This document shows positions 23,228 to 39,983 of a DNA stretch of 64,000 bases, in pieces (the stretch's first letter is position 1; the number at the start of each line of letters is the position of its first letter). The position numbers and the translations under genes are program-made. The stretch lies in assembly GCF_055900595.2 (NCBI RefSeq), contig NZ_CM148325.1; one strand, written 5' to 3'. The notes under the pieces were generated by a model. It was given only the letters and a program-made list of their open reading frames with translations, made no database searches and had not been told where the DNA came from.

Positions 23228-23343
23228 TGCTTGTCTAAAGTACATCTTCTGCTATCTACCCAAGCTAAACCTGAGTTAACATCCATACCATATTTCAAGC
23301 TGCGCATATCTTGCGCGGTGACCACCCCTGACAGGAGTAAACA

Positions 23344-24750
23344 ATGTCAAAGCAACAGATCGGCGTCGTCGGTATGGCAGTGATGGGGCGCAATCTTGCG
23401 CTTAACATCGAAAGCCGTGGTTATACCGTCTCTATTTTCAACCGTTCCCGTGAAAAGACGGAAGAAGTGATTGCCGAAAATCCAGGCAAAAAACTGGTTC
23501 CTTACTATACGGTGAAAGAGTTCGTTGAATCTCTGGAAACGCCTCGTCGCATCCTGTTAATGGTTAAAGCAGGTGCAGGCACGGATGCTGCTATTGATTC
23601 CCTCAAACCATATCTCGATAAAGGTGACATCATCATTGATGGTGGTAACACCTTCTTCCAGGACACTATTCGTCGTAACCGTGAGCTTTCTGCAGAAGGC
23701 TTTAACTTCATCGGTACCGGTGTTTCCGGCGGTGAAGAGGGGGCGCTGAAAGGGCCTTCCATTATGCCTGGTGGGCAGAAAGAAGCCTATGAACTGGTTG
23801 CTCCGATCCTGACCAAAATCGCCGCCGTTGCTGAAGATGGCGAACCGTGCGTTACCTATATTGGTGCCGATGGCGCGGGTCACTATGTGAAGATGGTTCA
23901 CAACGGTATTGAATACGGTGATATGCAACTGATTGCTGAAGCCTATTCTCTGCTTAAAGGTGGCCTGAATCTTTCCAACGAAGAACTGGCGCAGACGTTT
24001 ACCGAGTGGAATAACGGTGAACTGAGCAGCTACCTGATCGACATCACCAAAGACATCTTCACTAAAAAAGATGAAGACGGTAACTACCTGGTTGATGTGA
24101 TCCTGGATGAAGCGGCTAACAAAGGTACCGGTAAATGGACCAGCCAGAGCGCGCTTGATCTCGGCGAACCGCTGTCGCTGATTACCGAGTCTGTGTTTGC
24201 ACGATACATCTCTTCTCTGAAAGAGCAGCGTGTTGCCGCATCTAAAGTTCTTTCTGGTCCGCAAGCGCAGCCTGCTGGCGACAAAGGTGAATTCATCGAA
24301 AAAGTTCGCCGTGCGCTGTATCTGGGTAAAATCGTTTCTTACGCTCAGGGCTTCTCTCAGCTACGCGCTGCGTCTGAAGAGTACAACTGGGATCTGAACT
24401 ACGGTGAAATCGCGAAGATTTTCCGTGCTGGCTGCATCATCCGTGCGCAGTTCCTGCAGAAAATCACCGATGCTTATGCCGAAAATCCGCAGATCGCTAA
24501 CCTGTTGCTGGCTCCTTACTTCAAGCAAATTGCCGATGACTACCAGCAGGCGCTGCGCGATGTCGTCGCTTACGCAGTACAGAACGGTATCCCGGTGCCG
24601 ACCTTCGCCGCTGCTGTTGCCTATTACGACAGCTACCGCGCCGCTGTTCTGCCTGCGAACCTGATCCAGGCACAGCGTGACTATTTCGGTGCGCATACTT
24701 ATAAGCGCATTGATAAAGAAGGTGTGTTCCATACTGAATGGCTGGATTAA
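23344..24750 (+). CDS. gnd: 6-phosphogluconate dehydrogenase, decarboxylating
   Basis: 468-aa ORF; N-terminal Rossmann motif [15 protein letters not shown]; conserved right flank of O-antigen loci. Confidence 0.96.
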   Translation: MSKQQIGVVGMAVMGRNLALNIESRGYTVSIFNRSREKTEEVIAENPGKKLVPYYTVKEFVESLETPRRILLMVKAGAGTDAAIDSLKPYLDKGDIIIDGGNTFFQDTIRRNRELSAEGFNFIGTGVSGGEEGALKGPSIMPGGQKEAYELVAPILTKIAAVAEDGEPCVTYIGADGAGHYVKMVHNGIEYGDMQLIAEAYSLLKGGLNLSNEELAQTFTEWNNGELSSYLIDITKDIFTKKDEDGNYLVDVILDEAANKGTGKWTSQSALDLGEPLSLITESVFARYISSLKEQRVAASKVLSGPQAQPAGDKGEFIEKVRRALYLGKIVSYAQGFSQLRAASEEYNWDLNYGEIAKIFRAGCIIRAQFLQKITDAYAENPQIANLLLAPYFKQIADDYQQALRDVVAYAVQNGIPVPTFAAAVAYYDSYRAAVLPANLIQAQRDYFGAHTYKRIDKEGVFHTEWLD

Positions 24751-24774
24751 TCTGATTTAACCAACAATAAAATT

Positions 24775-24809
24775 GAGGCCCGGCGTATATTGCACCGGGC
24801 TTTTTTTTG
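24775..24809 (+). terminator. Rho-independent terminator after gnd
   Basis: GC hairpin (gcccgg...ccgggc) followed by a T8 run. Confidence 0.6.
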
Positions 24810-24989
24810 CCAATTATCTTATAGACTAAATTTCACTGCTTAATATTAACTTAATAAATATCAGCTATTCTTATAAAGAAAATCTGAATTGTTTTTCGTT
24901 GCGTTGACCATCGAACAACGTAGCGTTAAAACTTTTAGCTCTTATCAGGATGCTAAAAACATCATGATTCACAGTTAAGTTAATTCTGA

Positions 24990-26165
<1,176 letters not shown>

Positions 26166-26310
26166 CATCTTGTTATCAGGGCTATTTACGCCCTGATTGT
26201 CTTTTGTTACCTCCGCAATAATTCATTATTTTTATCGCTTATCCTATAGCATTCACGGGGATTATCGCTAAACTATGTGGACTTGGAAATTTCCGTCAGT
26301 TAGGGTAATG

Positions 26311-27288
26311 ATGAGAGTAGAAAATAATAATGTTTCTGGGCAAAACCATGACCCGGAACAGATTGATTTGATTGATTTACTAGTGCAGTTGTGGCGTGGC
26401 AAGATGACAATCATCATTTCCGTCATTGTGGCTATTGCCCTGGCTATTGGATATTTGGCAGTAGCGAAGGAGAAATGGACGTCAACAGCAATTATCACTC
26501 AGCCCGACGTGGGGCAAATTGCTGGCTATAACAATGCCATGAATGTTATCTATGGTCAGGCTGCGCCGAAAGTATCGGATTTACAGGAAACGTTGATTGG
26601 TCGCTTCAGTTCTGCCTTCTCTGCATTAGCAGAAACGCTGGATAATCAGGAAGAGCCAGAAAAGCTTACCATCGAACCTTCTGTTAAGAACCAGCAATTA
26701 CCATTGACTGTTTCTTATGTTGGGCAAACTGCAGAGGGCGCACAAATGAAGTTGGCCCAATACATTCAGCAAGTTGACGATAAAGTGAATCAAGAGCTAG
26801 AAAAGGATCTCAAGGACAACATTGCTCTGGGACGGAAAAACTTGCAGGACTCTTTAAGAACGCAGGAAGTGGTTGCGCAGGAGCAGAAAGATCTGCGTAT
26901 CCGTCAGATTCAGGAAGCGTTGCAGTATGCGAATCAGGCGCAGGTGACAAAGCCGCAGATTCAGCAGACACAGGACGTAACCCAAGATACTATGTTCCTT
27001 TTGGGGAGCGAAGCGCTGGAGTCGATGATTAAGCACGAGGCGACTCGTCCGTTGGTGTTCTCATCAAACTACTATCAGACTCGTCAAAACCTGCTGGATA
27101 TCGAAAGCTTAAAAGTTGATGATCTTGATATTCATGCTTACCGCTATGTGATGAAACCGACGTTACCTATTCGTCGCGATAGCCCGAAAAAGGCAATTAC
27201 CTTGATTCTGGCGGTGCTGCTGGGCGGCATGGTTGGCGCGGGGATTGTGTTGGGGCGTAATGCTCTGCGTAATTACAACGCGAAGTAA
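26311..27288 (+). CDS. wzzB: O-antigen chain-length determinant Wzz
   Basis: ORF 26275..27288; start taken at MRVENNNVSG; two TM segments flanking a coiled periplasmic region. Confidence 0.9.
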   Translation: MRVENNNVSGQNHDPEQIDLIDLLVQLWRGKMTIIISVIVAIALAIGYLAVAKEKWTSTAIITQPDVGQIAGYNNAMNVIYGQAAPKVSDLQETLIGRFSSAFSALAETLDNQEEPEKLTIEPSVKNQQLPLTVSYVGQTAEGAQMKLAQYIQQVDDKVNQELEKDLKDNIALGRKNLQDSLRTQEVVAQEQKDLRIRQIQEALQYANQAQVTKPQIQQTQDVTQDTMFLLGSEALESMIKHEATRPLVFSSNYYQTRQNLLDIESLKVDDLDIHAYRYVMKPTLPIRRDSPKKAITLILAVLLGGMVGAGIVLGRNALRNYNAK

Positions 27289-27304
27289 TCTTTGCAGCTT
27301 TAAA

Positions 27305-27343
27305 GAAAACGGGCAGGGTGGTGACACCTTGCCCGTTTTTTTT
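27305..27343. terminator. Bidirectional rho-independent terminator between wzzB and hisI
   Basis: aaaacgggcaggg...ccttgcccgtttttttt hairpin flanked by A and T runs. Confidence 0.7.
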
Positions 27344-27384
27344 GCCGGATGCGACAACAACATCGCATCCGCTTACCCCGCAAC

Positions 27385-27989
27385 TCACTGATGCCGTTTA
27401 CGCAGGTTCTCAATTACTGTCGTTAAATCCAGATCCTGATCCTGCAACAGCACCAGCAGGTGATACATCAAATCAGATGCCTCGTTGGTCAGCTCAAAGC
27501 GGTCATGTACAGTCGCGGCCAGTGCGGTTTCCACGCCTTCTTCGCCCACTTTCTGCGCAATGCGTTTGGTGCCGCTGGCATACAGTTTGGCAGTGTAAGA
27601 GGTTTCCGGGTCGGCAGATTTGCGTTCGGCGAGCAGTTGTTCCAGTTGATAAAGGAACAGCCACTGGTGAGCGGTGTCGCCGAAGCAGCTGCTGGTGCCT
27701 TTGTGGCAGGTCGGGCCGATGGGATTCGCCAGCAACAGTAACGTGTCGTTGTCGCAGTCCGGCGTAATATTTACTACGTTGAGGAAATTGCCCGACGTTT
27801 CGCCTTTGGTCCACAGTCGCTGTTTAGTGCGCGAGAAGAAGGTGACTTTGCCGCTTTCGATGGTTTTATCTAAGGCTTCCGGGTTCATATAGCCCAGCAT
27901 TAACACTTCACCGGATACCGCGTGTTGCACAATCACCGGCATAAGTCCGTCGGTTTTTTCCCAGTCCAGTTCGCGGCGTTGTTGTTCTG

Positions 27990-27996
<7 letters not shown>
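27385..27996 (-). CDS. hisI: Bifunctional phosphoribosyl-AMP cyclohydrolase / phosphoribosyl-ATP pyrophosphatase
   Basis: 203-aa ORF; last gene of the his operon. Confidence 0.95.
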
Positions 27997-30074
<2,078 letters not shown>

Positions 30075-30075
<1 letters not shown>

Positions 30076-31141
30076 TACAGCACTCCTTTCGACGAGGGCA
30101 GGGTGTCGCCTTCCACGCGGATGGCCTGGCGCAGGGTGCGACCAAAGGCTTTGAACAGGCTCTCTACACGGTGATGATCGTTTTTACCTTTGGTTTTCAG
30201 GTGCAGGGTCACGCCCATGGTGTATGAGAGCGAACGGAAGAAGTGCTCGATCATCTCGGTGCTGAGATCGCCCACGCGCTGGTAGGTAAATTCAGCTTTA
30301 TATTCCAGGTGCGGGCGACCAGATATATCCAGCGCGCAGCGGGCAAGGCATTCGTCCATCGGCAGCACAAAACCAAAGCGGCAAATACCGCGTTTGTCGC
30401 CGAGGGCGATTTTTAACGCTTCGCCCAGCGCCAGGCCGGTATCTTCGACGGTGTGGTGATCGTCGATATAGAGGTCGCCTTTGACGTTGATTTCCATGCG
30501 GAAACCGCCGTGGGTGGCGATCTGATCCAGCATGTGATCAAAGAAGCCAACGCCGGTATTAATCTTGCTGCCACCTTCACGATCCAGCCACACCTGGACG
30601 TCAATTTGCGTCTCTTTGGTGTTGCGCACTACATGGGCGTAACGGTCTCGTTTAGTGAGTTGCTCGCCAATCATCGGCCAGTTCAGGGTTTCGCGGTCGT
30701 AGCGTAAACCATTAATGCCCATGTTTTCCGCCAGTTGAATGTCGGTCGCGCGATCGCCAATCACATAACTGTTAGCGCGATCCATCGCTTGCTCAGCGAG
30801 ATAACGCTCCACCAGTTTTACTTTCGGCTTACGGCAGTCGCACTCATCGGCGGGCAGGTGCGGACAAATCAGCACTTCATCAAACTGTACGCCTTGCGAG
30901 GTGAAGATCTGCATCATCAGGTTGTGCGGGCCATCGAAATCCGCCTGTGGGAAACTTTGTGTTCCCAGACCATCCTGATTAGTGATCATCACCAGCTTGT
31001 AGCCCGCTTTTTGCAGCTTCAGCAGTTCCGGGATCACGCCCGGTTCAAAGGCGAGTTTGTCAAAACGGTCCACCTGAAAATCACTCGGCGGTTCGCTAAT
31101 CAGGGTTCCATCGCGATCGATAAAAAGATACTTCTGACTCA

Positions 31142-31142
<1 letters not shown>
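30075..31142 (-). CDS. hisB: Bifunctional histidinol-phosphatase / imidazoleglycerol-phosphate dehydratase
   Basis: ORF 30075..31145; start at [15 protein letters not shown]. Confidence 0.95.
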
Positions 31143-33513
<2,371 letters not shown>

Positions 33514-33518
33514 GGCGA

Positions 33519-34418
33519 TCACTCCATCATCTTCTCAATCGGCAGGACCAGGATTGAACTGGCACCCAGCGCTTTCAGTTTTTCCATGGTTTCCCAGAAC
33601 AGGGTTTCGCTGCTGACCATGTGCATCGCTACGCGTTGTTGGTCACCCGCCAGCGGCAGAATAGTTGGGCGTTCGGCACCTGGCAGCAGGGCGATGACTT
33701 CATCCAGACGTTCGGTCGGTGCGTGCATCATGATGTATTTTGATTCGCGCGCCTGGATCACACCCTGAATACGGGTCAGCAGTGTGTCGATCAGTTGCTG
33801 TTTGGATTCTTCCATTTCGCCATCGCGTTGTATCAGGCAGGCTTTCGAGCGATAGATAACTTCGACTTCGCGCAGGCCGTTAGCTTCCAGCGTGGCACCG
33901 GTGGAAACCAGATCGCAAATCGCATCCGCCAGTCCGGCACGCGGGGCGACTTCAACAGAACCGTTCAGTAAGCAGGATTTAAAAGAGATACCTTTCTGGT
34001 CGAGATAACGCTTGAGCAGGTGAGGATAAGAGGTGGCGATACGTTTACCGTTTAAGGAGAGCGGGCCATCCCAGGCTTCATCAACCGGCGTTGCCAGTGA
34101 AAGTCGGCAGCCGCCGAAATCCAGACGACGCAGGGTAAAGTAGCGTGGATCTTCACCCTGGGCGCGGCGGTTAAGCAGCTCTTCTTCCAGCACGTTTTCG
34201 CCGATAATCCCAAGGTCTACCACGCCGTCCATTACCAGACCGGGAATGTCGTCGTCACGCACGCGCAGAATATCAATCGGCATGTTTTCTGCCATCGCGA
34301 TCAGGCGCTGGGTGTGAAGATTGATTTTAATGCCACAGCGCGCCAGCAATTCGCGTGAGTCATCACTTAAACGGCCGGATTTCTGCATAGCTATGCGTAA
34401 ACGAGTGTTGTCTGTCAT
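33519..34418 (-). CDS. hisG: ATP phosphoribosyltransferase
   Basis: ORF 33519..34457; start taken at [17 protein letters not shown] (299 aa). Confidence 0.95.
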   Translation of the reverse strand: MTDNTRLRIAMQKSGRLSDDSRELLARCGIKINLHTQRLIAMAENMPIDILRVRDDDIPGLVMDGVVDLGIIGENVLEEELLNRRAQGEDPRYFTLRRLDFGGCRLSLATPVDEAWDGPLSLNGKRIATSYPHLLKRYLDQKGISFKSCLLNGSVEVAPRAGLADAICDLVSTGATLEANGLREVEVIYRSKACLIQRDGEMEESKQQLIDTLLTRIQGVIQARESKYIMMHAPTERLDEVIALLPGAERPTILPLAGDQQRVAMHMVSSETLFWETMEKLKALGASSILVLPIEKMME

Positions 34419-34465
34419 TTTCTTATTCCTCTTTAAACCTGTCTGAACCGTTATCAACCGCGCAA

Positions 34466-34502
34466 TAAAAAAGCCCCCGGAAGGTGATCTTCCGGGGGCT
34501 TT
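34466..34502 (-). terminator. his attenuator terminator
   Basis: Strong GC hairpin (gcccccggaag...cttccgggggc) with a U-run on the minus strand, between hisL and hisG. Confidence 0.8.
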
Positions 34503-34563
34503 CTCATGCGTTCATGCACCACTGGAAGATCTGAATGTCTTCCAGCACACATCGCCTGAAAGA

Positions 34564-34614
34564 CTAGTCAGGATGATGGTGATGATGGTGGTGTTTAAAT
34601 TGAACGCGTGTCAT
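34564..34614 (-). CDS. hisL: his operon leader peptide
   Basis: Minus-strand mini-ORF translating to MTRVQFKHHHHHHHPD with seven consecutive His codons; below the ORF-track size cutoff, found by reading the sequence. Confidence 0.9.
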   Translation of the reverse strand: MTRVQFKHHHHHHHPD

Positions 34615-34835
34615 AAAAGTCTCTGTGAATGTTTATTCAACTGATGTCTTTTAACCTAAACCACTTTCACGTTAGAAAGCAAGGGCTTTTTTATATATTT
34701 TATGGCGATGGATTTGTTTAATGAATGAGCGGGGAAAGGAGGGGCCTGGAGTGACTATGTTAGAAAAGTAATCGTGAAAATATGTCTTTAAAATCCTCAA
34801 GAACATTGTGTTCTGTAACTAAAGTGGGCTTTGTT

Positions 34836-34932
34836 CCTGCCGGATGCGGCGTGAATGCCTTATCAGGTCTACAAATGTTGCCTAAATTCAATATATTGAT
34901 GTTTTGTAGGACTGATAAGCGGAGCGCATCAG
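34836..34932. repeat. REP/BIME palindromic elements between the his leader and yeeZ
   Basis: gccggatgcggcgtgaatgccttatcagg and cctgatgcgctccgcttatcag type motifs in inverted orientation. Confidence 0.6.
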
Positions 34933-35038
34933 GCAATGGTATATTTGCTAACAGTTTCGATTTCATTCATAGAATGAATTGTCAGTTTTGATACGCTAGC
35001 GTAGCCTTATAGATCTAAGGTGTATCAGGAGATAACGG

Positions 35039-35863
35039 ATGAAAAAGGTCGCAATTGTCGGGTTAGGGTGGTTAGGCATGCCGCTGGCGATGTCACTTTC
35101 AGCGCGAGGCTGGCAAGTCACCGGGAGTAAAACCACACAAGATGGTGTCGAAGCGGCCCGAATGAGTGGCATTGATAGCTATCTGCTTCGCATGGAGCCT
35201 GAGTTAGTTTGCGATTCTGACGATCTGGATGCCCTGATGGATGCCGACGCGCTGGTCATTACGCTTCCGGCACGTCGTAGCGGCCCCGGCGATGAGTTCT
35301 ATTTACAAGCGGTACAAGAGTTAGTGGATAGCGCGCTGGCCCATCGTATTCCCCGAATTATTTTTACCAGCTCAACGTCTGTCTATGGCGACGCGCAAGG
35401 CACGGTGAAAGAAACCACCCCGCGTAATCCGGTAACCAACAGTGGACGAGTATTAGAAGAACTCGAAGACTGGCTGCACAATTTACCCGGTACTTCGGTC
35501 GATATTCTGCGTCTTGCGGGGCTGGTCGGACCGGGACGTCATCCCGGACGCTTCTTTGCCGGAAAAACCGCGCCTGATGGTGAACATGGTGTTAATTTAG
35601 TCCATTTAGAAGATGTTATTGGCGCTATCACTCTGTTGTTACAGGCACCTAAAGGCGGACACATCTATAATATATGTGCGCCAGCTCACCCTGCGCGTAA
35701 TGTTTTCTATCCGCAGATGGCCCGTTTACTGGGGCTGGAACCTCCGCAGTTCAGAAATAGTCTGGACAGCGGCAAAGGTAAGATTATTGATGGCAGTCGG
35801 ATTTGTAATGAACTGGGGTTTGAATACCAGTATCCCGATCCGCTGGTAATGCCGCTGGAGTAA
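35039..35863 (+). CDS. yeeZ: NAD-dependent epimerase/dehydratase family protein
   Basis: 274-aa ORF; conserved neighbour of the his operon. Confidence 0.9.
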   Translation: MKKVAIVGLGWLGMPLAMSLSARGWQVTGSKTTQDGVEAARMSGIDSYLLRMEPELVCDSDDLDALMDADALVITLPARRSGPGDEFYLQAVQELVDSALAHRIPRIIFTSSTSVYGDAQGTVKETTPRNPVTNSGRVLEELEDWLHNLPGTSVDILRLAGLVGPGRHPGRFFAGKTAPDGEHGVNLVHLEDVIGAITLLLQAPKGGHIYNICAPAHPARNVFYPQMARLLGLEPPQFRNSLDSGKGKIIDGSRICNELGFEYQYPDPLVMPLE

Positions 35864-35908
35864 ACGATCACGCCAGCAGGACGCCGCATGCACTGCAAGG
35901 GGGCGTGT

Positions 35909-36838
35909 ATGAAACCACTGCTGGATGTGTTGATGATCCTCGATGCCTTAGAAAAAGAAGGCAGTTTTGCGGCGGCGTCAGCCAAACTCTACAAGACGCC
36001 GTCCGCTCTGAGTTACACCGTTCACAAGCTGGAAAGCGACCTTAATATTCAATTGCTTGATCGTAGCGGTCACCGCGCTAAATTCACCCGCACCGGAAAA
36101 ATGTTATTAGAGAAAGGGCGGGAAGTTCTGCATACCGTGCGGGAACTGGAAAAGCAGGCGATCAAACTGCATGAAGGCTGGGAAAACGAGCTGGTGATTG
36201 GCGTGGACGACACGTTTCCTTTTTCTCTGCTTGCGCCACTGATTGAAGCTTTTTATCAACATCATAGCGTGACGCGCCTGAAGTTTATCAATGGCGTACT
36301 CGGTGGTTCCTGGGATGCCCTGACTCAGGGGCGAGCGGATATTATTGTTGGCGCGATGCATGAGCCACCATCTTCCAGTGAGTTTGGTTTCTCGCGGTTG
36401 GGCGATCTGGAACAAGTCTTTGCGGTAGCGCCTCATCATCCGTTAGCCCTGGAAGAAGAACCGTTAAACCGTCGTATCATTAAGCGATATCGGGCGATTG
36501 TGGTGGGGGACACTGCGCAGGCCGGCGCTTCTACGGCCTCACAACTTCTCGACGAACAAGAAGCCATTACCGTCTTCGATTTTAAAACCAAGCTAGAGCT
36601 GCAAATTAGCGGCCTCGGCTGCGGCTATTTACCCCGTTATCTGGCGCAACGTTTTCTCGATAGTGGCGCGTTAATCGAGAAGAAAGTGGTCGCCCAAACT
36701 CTCTTTGAATCCGTCTGGATTGGCTGGAACGAACAGACCGCAGGGCTTGCCAGCGGCTGGTGGCGAGATGAAATTTTAGCAAATAGTGCGATCGCCGGTG
36801 TTTATGCAAAATCTGATGACGAAAAATCAGCCATTTAA
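35909..36838 (+). CDS. yeeY: LysR-family transcriptional regulator
   Basis: ORF 35888..36838; start taken at MKPLLDVLMILDA; N-terminal LysR HTH. Confidence 0.88.
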   Translation: MKPLLDVLMILDALEKEGSFAAASAKLYKTPSALSYTVHKLESDLNIQLLDRSGHRAKFTRTGKMLLEKGREVLHTVRELEKQAIKLHEGWENELVIGVDDTFPFSLLAPLIEAFYQHHSVTRLKFINGVLGGSWDALTQGRADIIVGAMHEPPSSSEFGFSRLGDLEQVFAVAPHHPLALEEEPLNRRIIKRYRAIVVGDTAQAGASTASQLLDEQEAITVFDFKTKLELQISGLGCGYLPRYLAQRFLDSGALIEKKVVAQTLFESVWIGWNEQTAGLASGWWRDEILANSAIAGVYAKSDDEKSAI

Positions 36839-36920
36839 AGAAAAATTATTATGACAAGCCTCTCATTCTCTTGTCATTTCCCCCCCATTTAGGCACAATG
36901 CGCCGCTGTCAAAAAATGAC

Positions 36921-36957
36921 TAAAAACCGACGTTTCATCAGCGTCGGTTATTTTTTG
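36921..36957 (+). terminator. Rho-independent terminator after yeeY
   Basis: accgacg...cgtcggt hairpin followed by a T-run. Confidence 0.6.
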
Positions 36958-37104
36958 CTTCAAACCAATCATTCATACCAAGAGGCCGGGCTTCGTACCG
37001 GATAGATATTTACTAAAAATCGACAGTTGTTGTCGCTGAGGAATCCAAAAAAATGGGGCAATTTTTTGCTTACGCGACGGTTATCACCGTAAAGGAGAAT
37101 GACC

Positions 37105-38463
37105 ATGTCGCATAACGTTACTCCAAACACCTCTCGCGTGGAATTGCGTAAAACGCTTACGTTAGTTCCGGTTGTAATGATGGGTCTTGCCTATATGCAG
37201 CCGATGACGCTGTTTGATACTTTTGGTATCGTTTCAGGCCTCACGGATGGTCATGTGCCGACAGCCTATGCGTTCGCATTGATTGCGATCCTGTTTACGG
37301 CTCTGAGCTACGGGAAGCTGGTTCGCCGCTATCCTTCTGCTGGCTCTGCATATACTTACGCCCAGAAATCCATTAGCCCGACTGTCGGCTTTATGGTGGG
37401 TTGGTCTTCTCTGCTCGACTATCTGTTCGCGCCGATGATCAACATTCTGCTGGCGAAAATCTATTTTGAAGCTCTGGTGCCTTCCATCCCATCGTGGATG
37501 TTTGTGGTGGCGCTGGTGGCCTTTATGACCGCCTTTAACCTGCGTAGTCTGAAATCCGTAGCGAACTTCAACACTGTAATCGTCGTGTTGCAGGTAGTGC
37601 TGATCGCGGTGATTCTGGGCATGGTTGTTTATGGCGTATTTGAAGGTGAAGGCGCTGGTACGCTGGCGAGCACTCGTCCGTTCTGGTCTGGCGATGCGCA
37701 TGTTATCCCGATGATTACCGGGGCGACAATCCTGTGCTTCTCCTTTACCGGCTTTGACGGCATCAGCAACCTGTCGGAAGAAACCAAAGATGCAGAGCGC
37801 GTGATCCCGCGTGCGATTTTCCTGACCGCGCTGATTGGCGGCATGATCTTCATCTTTGCAACTTACTTCCTGCAGCTGTACTTCCCGGATATCTCTCGCT
37901 TTAAAGATCCGGATGCGTCACAGCCTGAAATCATGCTGTACGTGGCAGGTAAAGCATTCCAGGTTGGTGCGCTGATCTTCTCCACCATTACCGTACTGGC
38001 GTCCGGTATGGCGGCGCACGCAGGTGTTGCGCGTCTGATGTACGTAATGGGTCGTGACGGCGTGTTCCCGAAAAGCTTCTTCGGTTATGTACACCCGAAA
38101 TGGCGTACTCCGGCGATGAACATCATCCTGGTTGGCGCGATTGCCCTGCTGGCAATCAACTTCGACCTGGTAATGGCTACGGCGCTGATTAACTTTGGTG
38201 CGTTGGTGGCGTTCACCTTCGTTAACCTGTCGGTCATCTCGCAGTTCTGGATCCGTGAGAAGCGTAACAAGACGCTGAAAGATCACTTCCAGTATCTGTT
38301 CCTGCCGATGTGTGGTGCGCTGACCGTTGGTGCGCTGTGGGTTAACCTGGAAGAAAGCTCAATGGTTCTGGGTCTGATCTGGGCGGCTATCGGTCTGATT
38401 TACCTGGCTTGCGTCACCAAGAGTTTCCGTAACCCGGTTCCGCAGTACGAAGACGTAGCGTAA
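37105..38463 (+). CDS. plaP: Putrescine importer (APC-family permease)
   Basis: ORF 37099..38463; start at [10 protein letters not shown]; polytopic amino-acid/polyamine permease. Confidence 0.9.
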   Translation: MSHNVTPNTSRVELRKTLTLVPVVMMGLAYMQPMTLFDTFGIVSGLTDGHVPTAYAFALIAILFTALSYGKLVRRYPSAGSAYTYAQKSISPTVGFMVGWSSLLDYLFAPMINILLAKIYFEALVPSIPSWMFVVALVAFMTAFNLRSLKSVANFNTVIVVLQVVLIAVILGMVVYGVFEGEGAGTLASTRPFWSGDAHVIPMITGATILCFSFTGFDGISNLSEETKDAERVIPRAIFLTALIGGMIFIFATYFLQLYFPDISRFKDPDASQPEIMLYVAGKAFQVGALIFSTITVLASGMAAHAGVARLMYVMGRDGVFPKSFFGYVHPKWRTPAMNIILVGAIALLAINFDLVMATALINFGALVAFTFVNLSVISQFWIREKRNKTLKDHFQYLFLPMCGALTVGALWVNLEESSMVLGLIWAAIGLIYLACVTKSFRNPVPQYEDVA

Positions 38464-38482
38464 TCATCTTTTGTAATAATAA

Positions 38483-38518
38483 ACCGGAGTCGAATGAATA
38501 TTTGGCTCCGGTTTTTTT
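38483..38518 (+). terminator. Rho-independent terminator after plaP
   Basis: ccggagtc...ggctccgg hairpin followed by a T7 run. Confidence 0.65.
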
Positions 38519-38641
38519 ATTCTTTTTTATCGACATCCTCATTAATAACCATTTGTTCTAATTTAGAGAATTTGGTTATTGGTCTGCATTCCACCAGTCA
38601 TGAATAATTTCCCTATTAACATTCATCTGGTTAATTAATTT

Positions 38642-39700
38642 ATGTTTTCAATGATATTAAGCGGGCTAATTTGTGGTGCTCTGCTGGGATTTGTCATGCA
38701 GCGTGGGCGTTTTTGCCTGACAGGTGGTTTTCGCGATATGTATCTCGCGAAAAATAATCGCATGTTTTACGCCTTGCTGATTGCAATTTCGGTACAAAGT
38801 GTGGGGGTTTTTGCGTTAATTCAGGCGGGCCTACTGACTTACGAAGCCGGGGCGTTCCCGTGGCTTGGTACTGTTATAGGTGGGTATATCTTCGGGCTGG
38901 GAATTGTTCTGGCGGGTGGATGTGCCACCGGGACCTGGTATCGCGCGGGTGAGGGATTGATCGGCAGTTGGATCGCGCTTTTCACTTATATGGTGATGAG
39001 TGCGGTGATGCGTTCTCCACATGCCAGTGGTTTAAATCAAACCTTGCAGCACTACAGTACTGAACATAACTCTATTGCTGAGACTTTTAATTTGTCTGTG
39101 TGGCCGTTGGTTGCCGTTTTGCTGGTGATAACGCTCTGGGTGGTGATGAAAGAGTTGAAGAAGCCAAAACTCAAAGTCGCGACCTTACCGCCGCGCCGAA
39201 CCGGGATCGCTCATATTCTGTTTGAAAAACGCTGGCATCCCTTTGTCACTGCTGTACTCATCGGTTTGATTGCGCTTTTAGCCTGGCCCCTGAGTGAAGC
39301 AACCGGACGCATGTTTGGGTTAGGAATCACTTCCCCAACGGCCAATATTCTGCAATTTCTGGTCGCGGGTGACGTGAAATACATTAACTGGGGCGTTTTC
39401 CTGGTGTTAGGGATCTTCGTGGGGTCATTTATTGCAGCCAAAGCGAGCCGTGAGTTCCGCGTTCGCGCAGCTGATGCACAAACAACATTACGTAGCGGGT
39501 TAGGTGGTGTACTGATGGGCTTCGGTGCCAGTATTGCAGGTGGTTGCTCTATCGGTAATGGACTGGTTATGACTGCAATGATGACCTGGCAGGGCTGGAT
39601 TGGCCTTGTATTTATGATTCTCGGAGTCTGGACTGCGTCCTGGCTTGTGTATGTTCGACCGCAGCGTAAGGCGCGACTGGCAACTGCTGCGGCAAATTAA
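38642..39700 (+). CDS. yeeE: YeeE/YedE-family inner membrane protein (putative thiosulfate transporter)
   Basis: 352-aa polytopic ORF with a conserved Cys-containing N-terminal motif. Confidence 0.9.
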   Translation: MFSMILSGLICGALLGFVMQRGRFCLTGGFRDMYLAKNNRMFYALLIAISVQSVGVFALIQAGLLTYEAGAFPWLGTVIGGYIFGLGIVLAGGCATGTWYRAGEGLIGSWIALFTYMVMSAVMRSPHASGLNQTLQHYSTEHNSIAETFNLSVWPLVAVLLVITLWVVMKELKKPKLKVATLPPRRTGIAHILFEKRWHPFVTAVLIGLIALLAWPLSEATGRMFGLGITSPTANILQFLVAGDVKYINWGVFLVLGIFVGSFIAAKASREFRVRAADAQTTLRSGLGGVLMGFGASIAGGCSIGNGLVMTAMMTWQGWIGLVFMILGVWTASWLVYVRPQRKARLATAAAN

Positions 39701-39713
39701 GTAAGGTGTAAAG

Positions 39714-39941
39714 ATGGCGATTAAAAAGCTGGATGTGGTGACGCAGGTCTGTCCGTTTCCACTCATAGAAGCAAAAGCAGCACTGGCAGAAATGGCCAGC
39801 GGCGATGAGTTGGTAATTGAGTTTGATTGCACCCAGGCAACTGAAGCAATCCCACAGTGGGCGGCAGAAGAAGGACATGCCATCACCGATTATCAGCAGA
39901 TTGGCGATGCAGCGTGGAGCATCACCGTTCAAAAAGCCTGA
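39714..39941 (+). CDS. yeeD: TusA-like sulfurtransferase
   Basis: 75-aa ORF with a CPFP motif, directly after yeeE. Confidence 0.9.
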   Translation: MAIKKLDVVTQVCPFPLIEAKAALAEMASGDELVIEFDCTQATEAIPQWAAEEGHAITDYQQIGDAAWSITVQKA

Positions 39942-39983
39942 CTCAACATTGTCCTCCGCCGTACCAGCGGCGGAGGCTTCAAA

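Noticed and set aside
23557-24264. 235-aa minus-strand ORF inside gnd
   Set aside because: Antisense to gnd, which is unambiguous; no supporting features.
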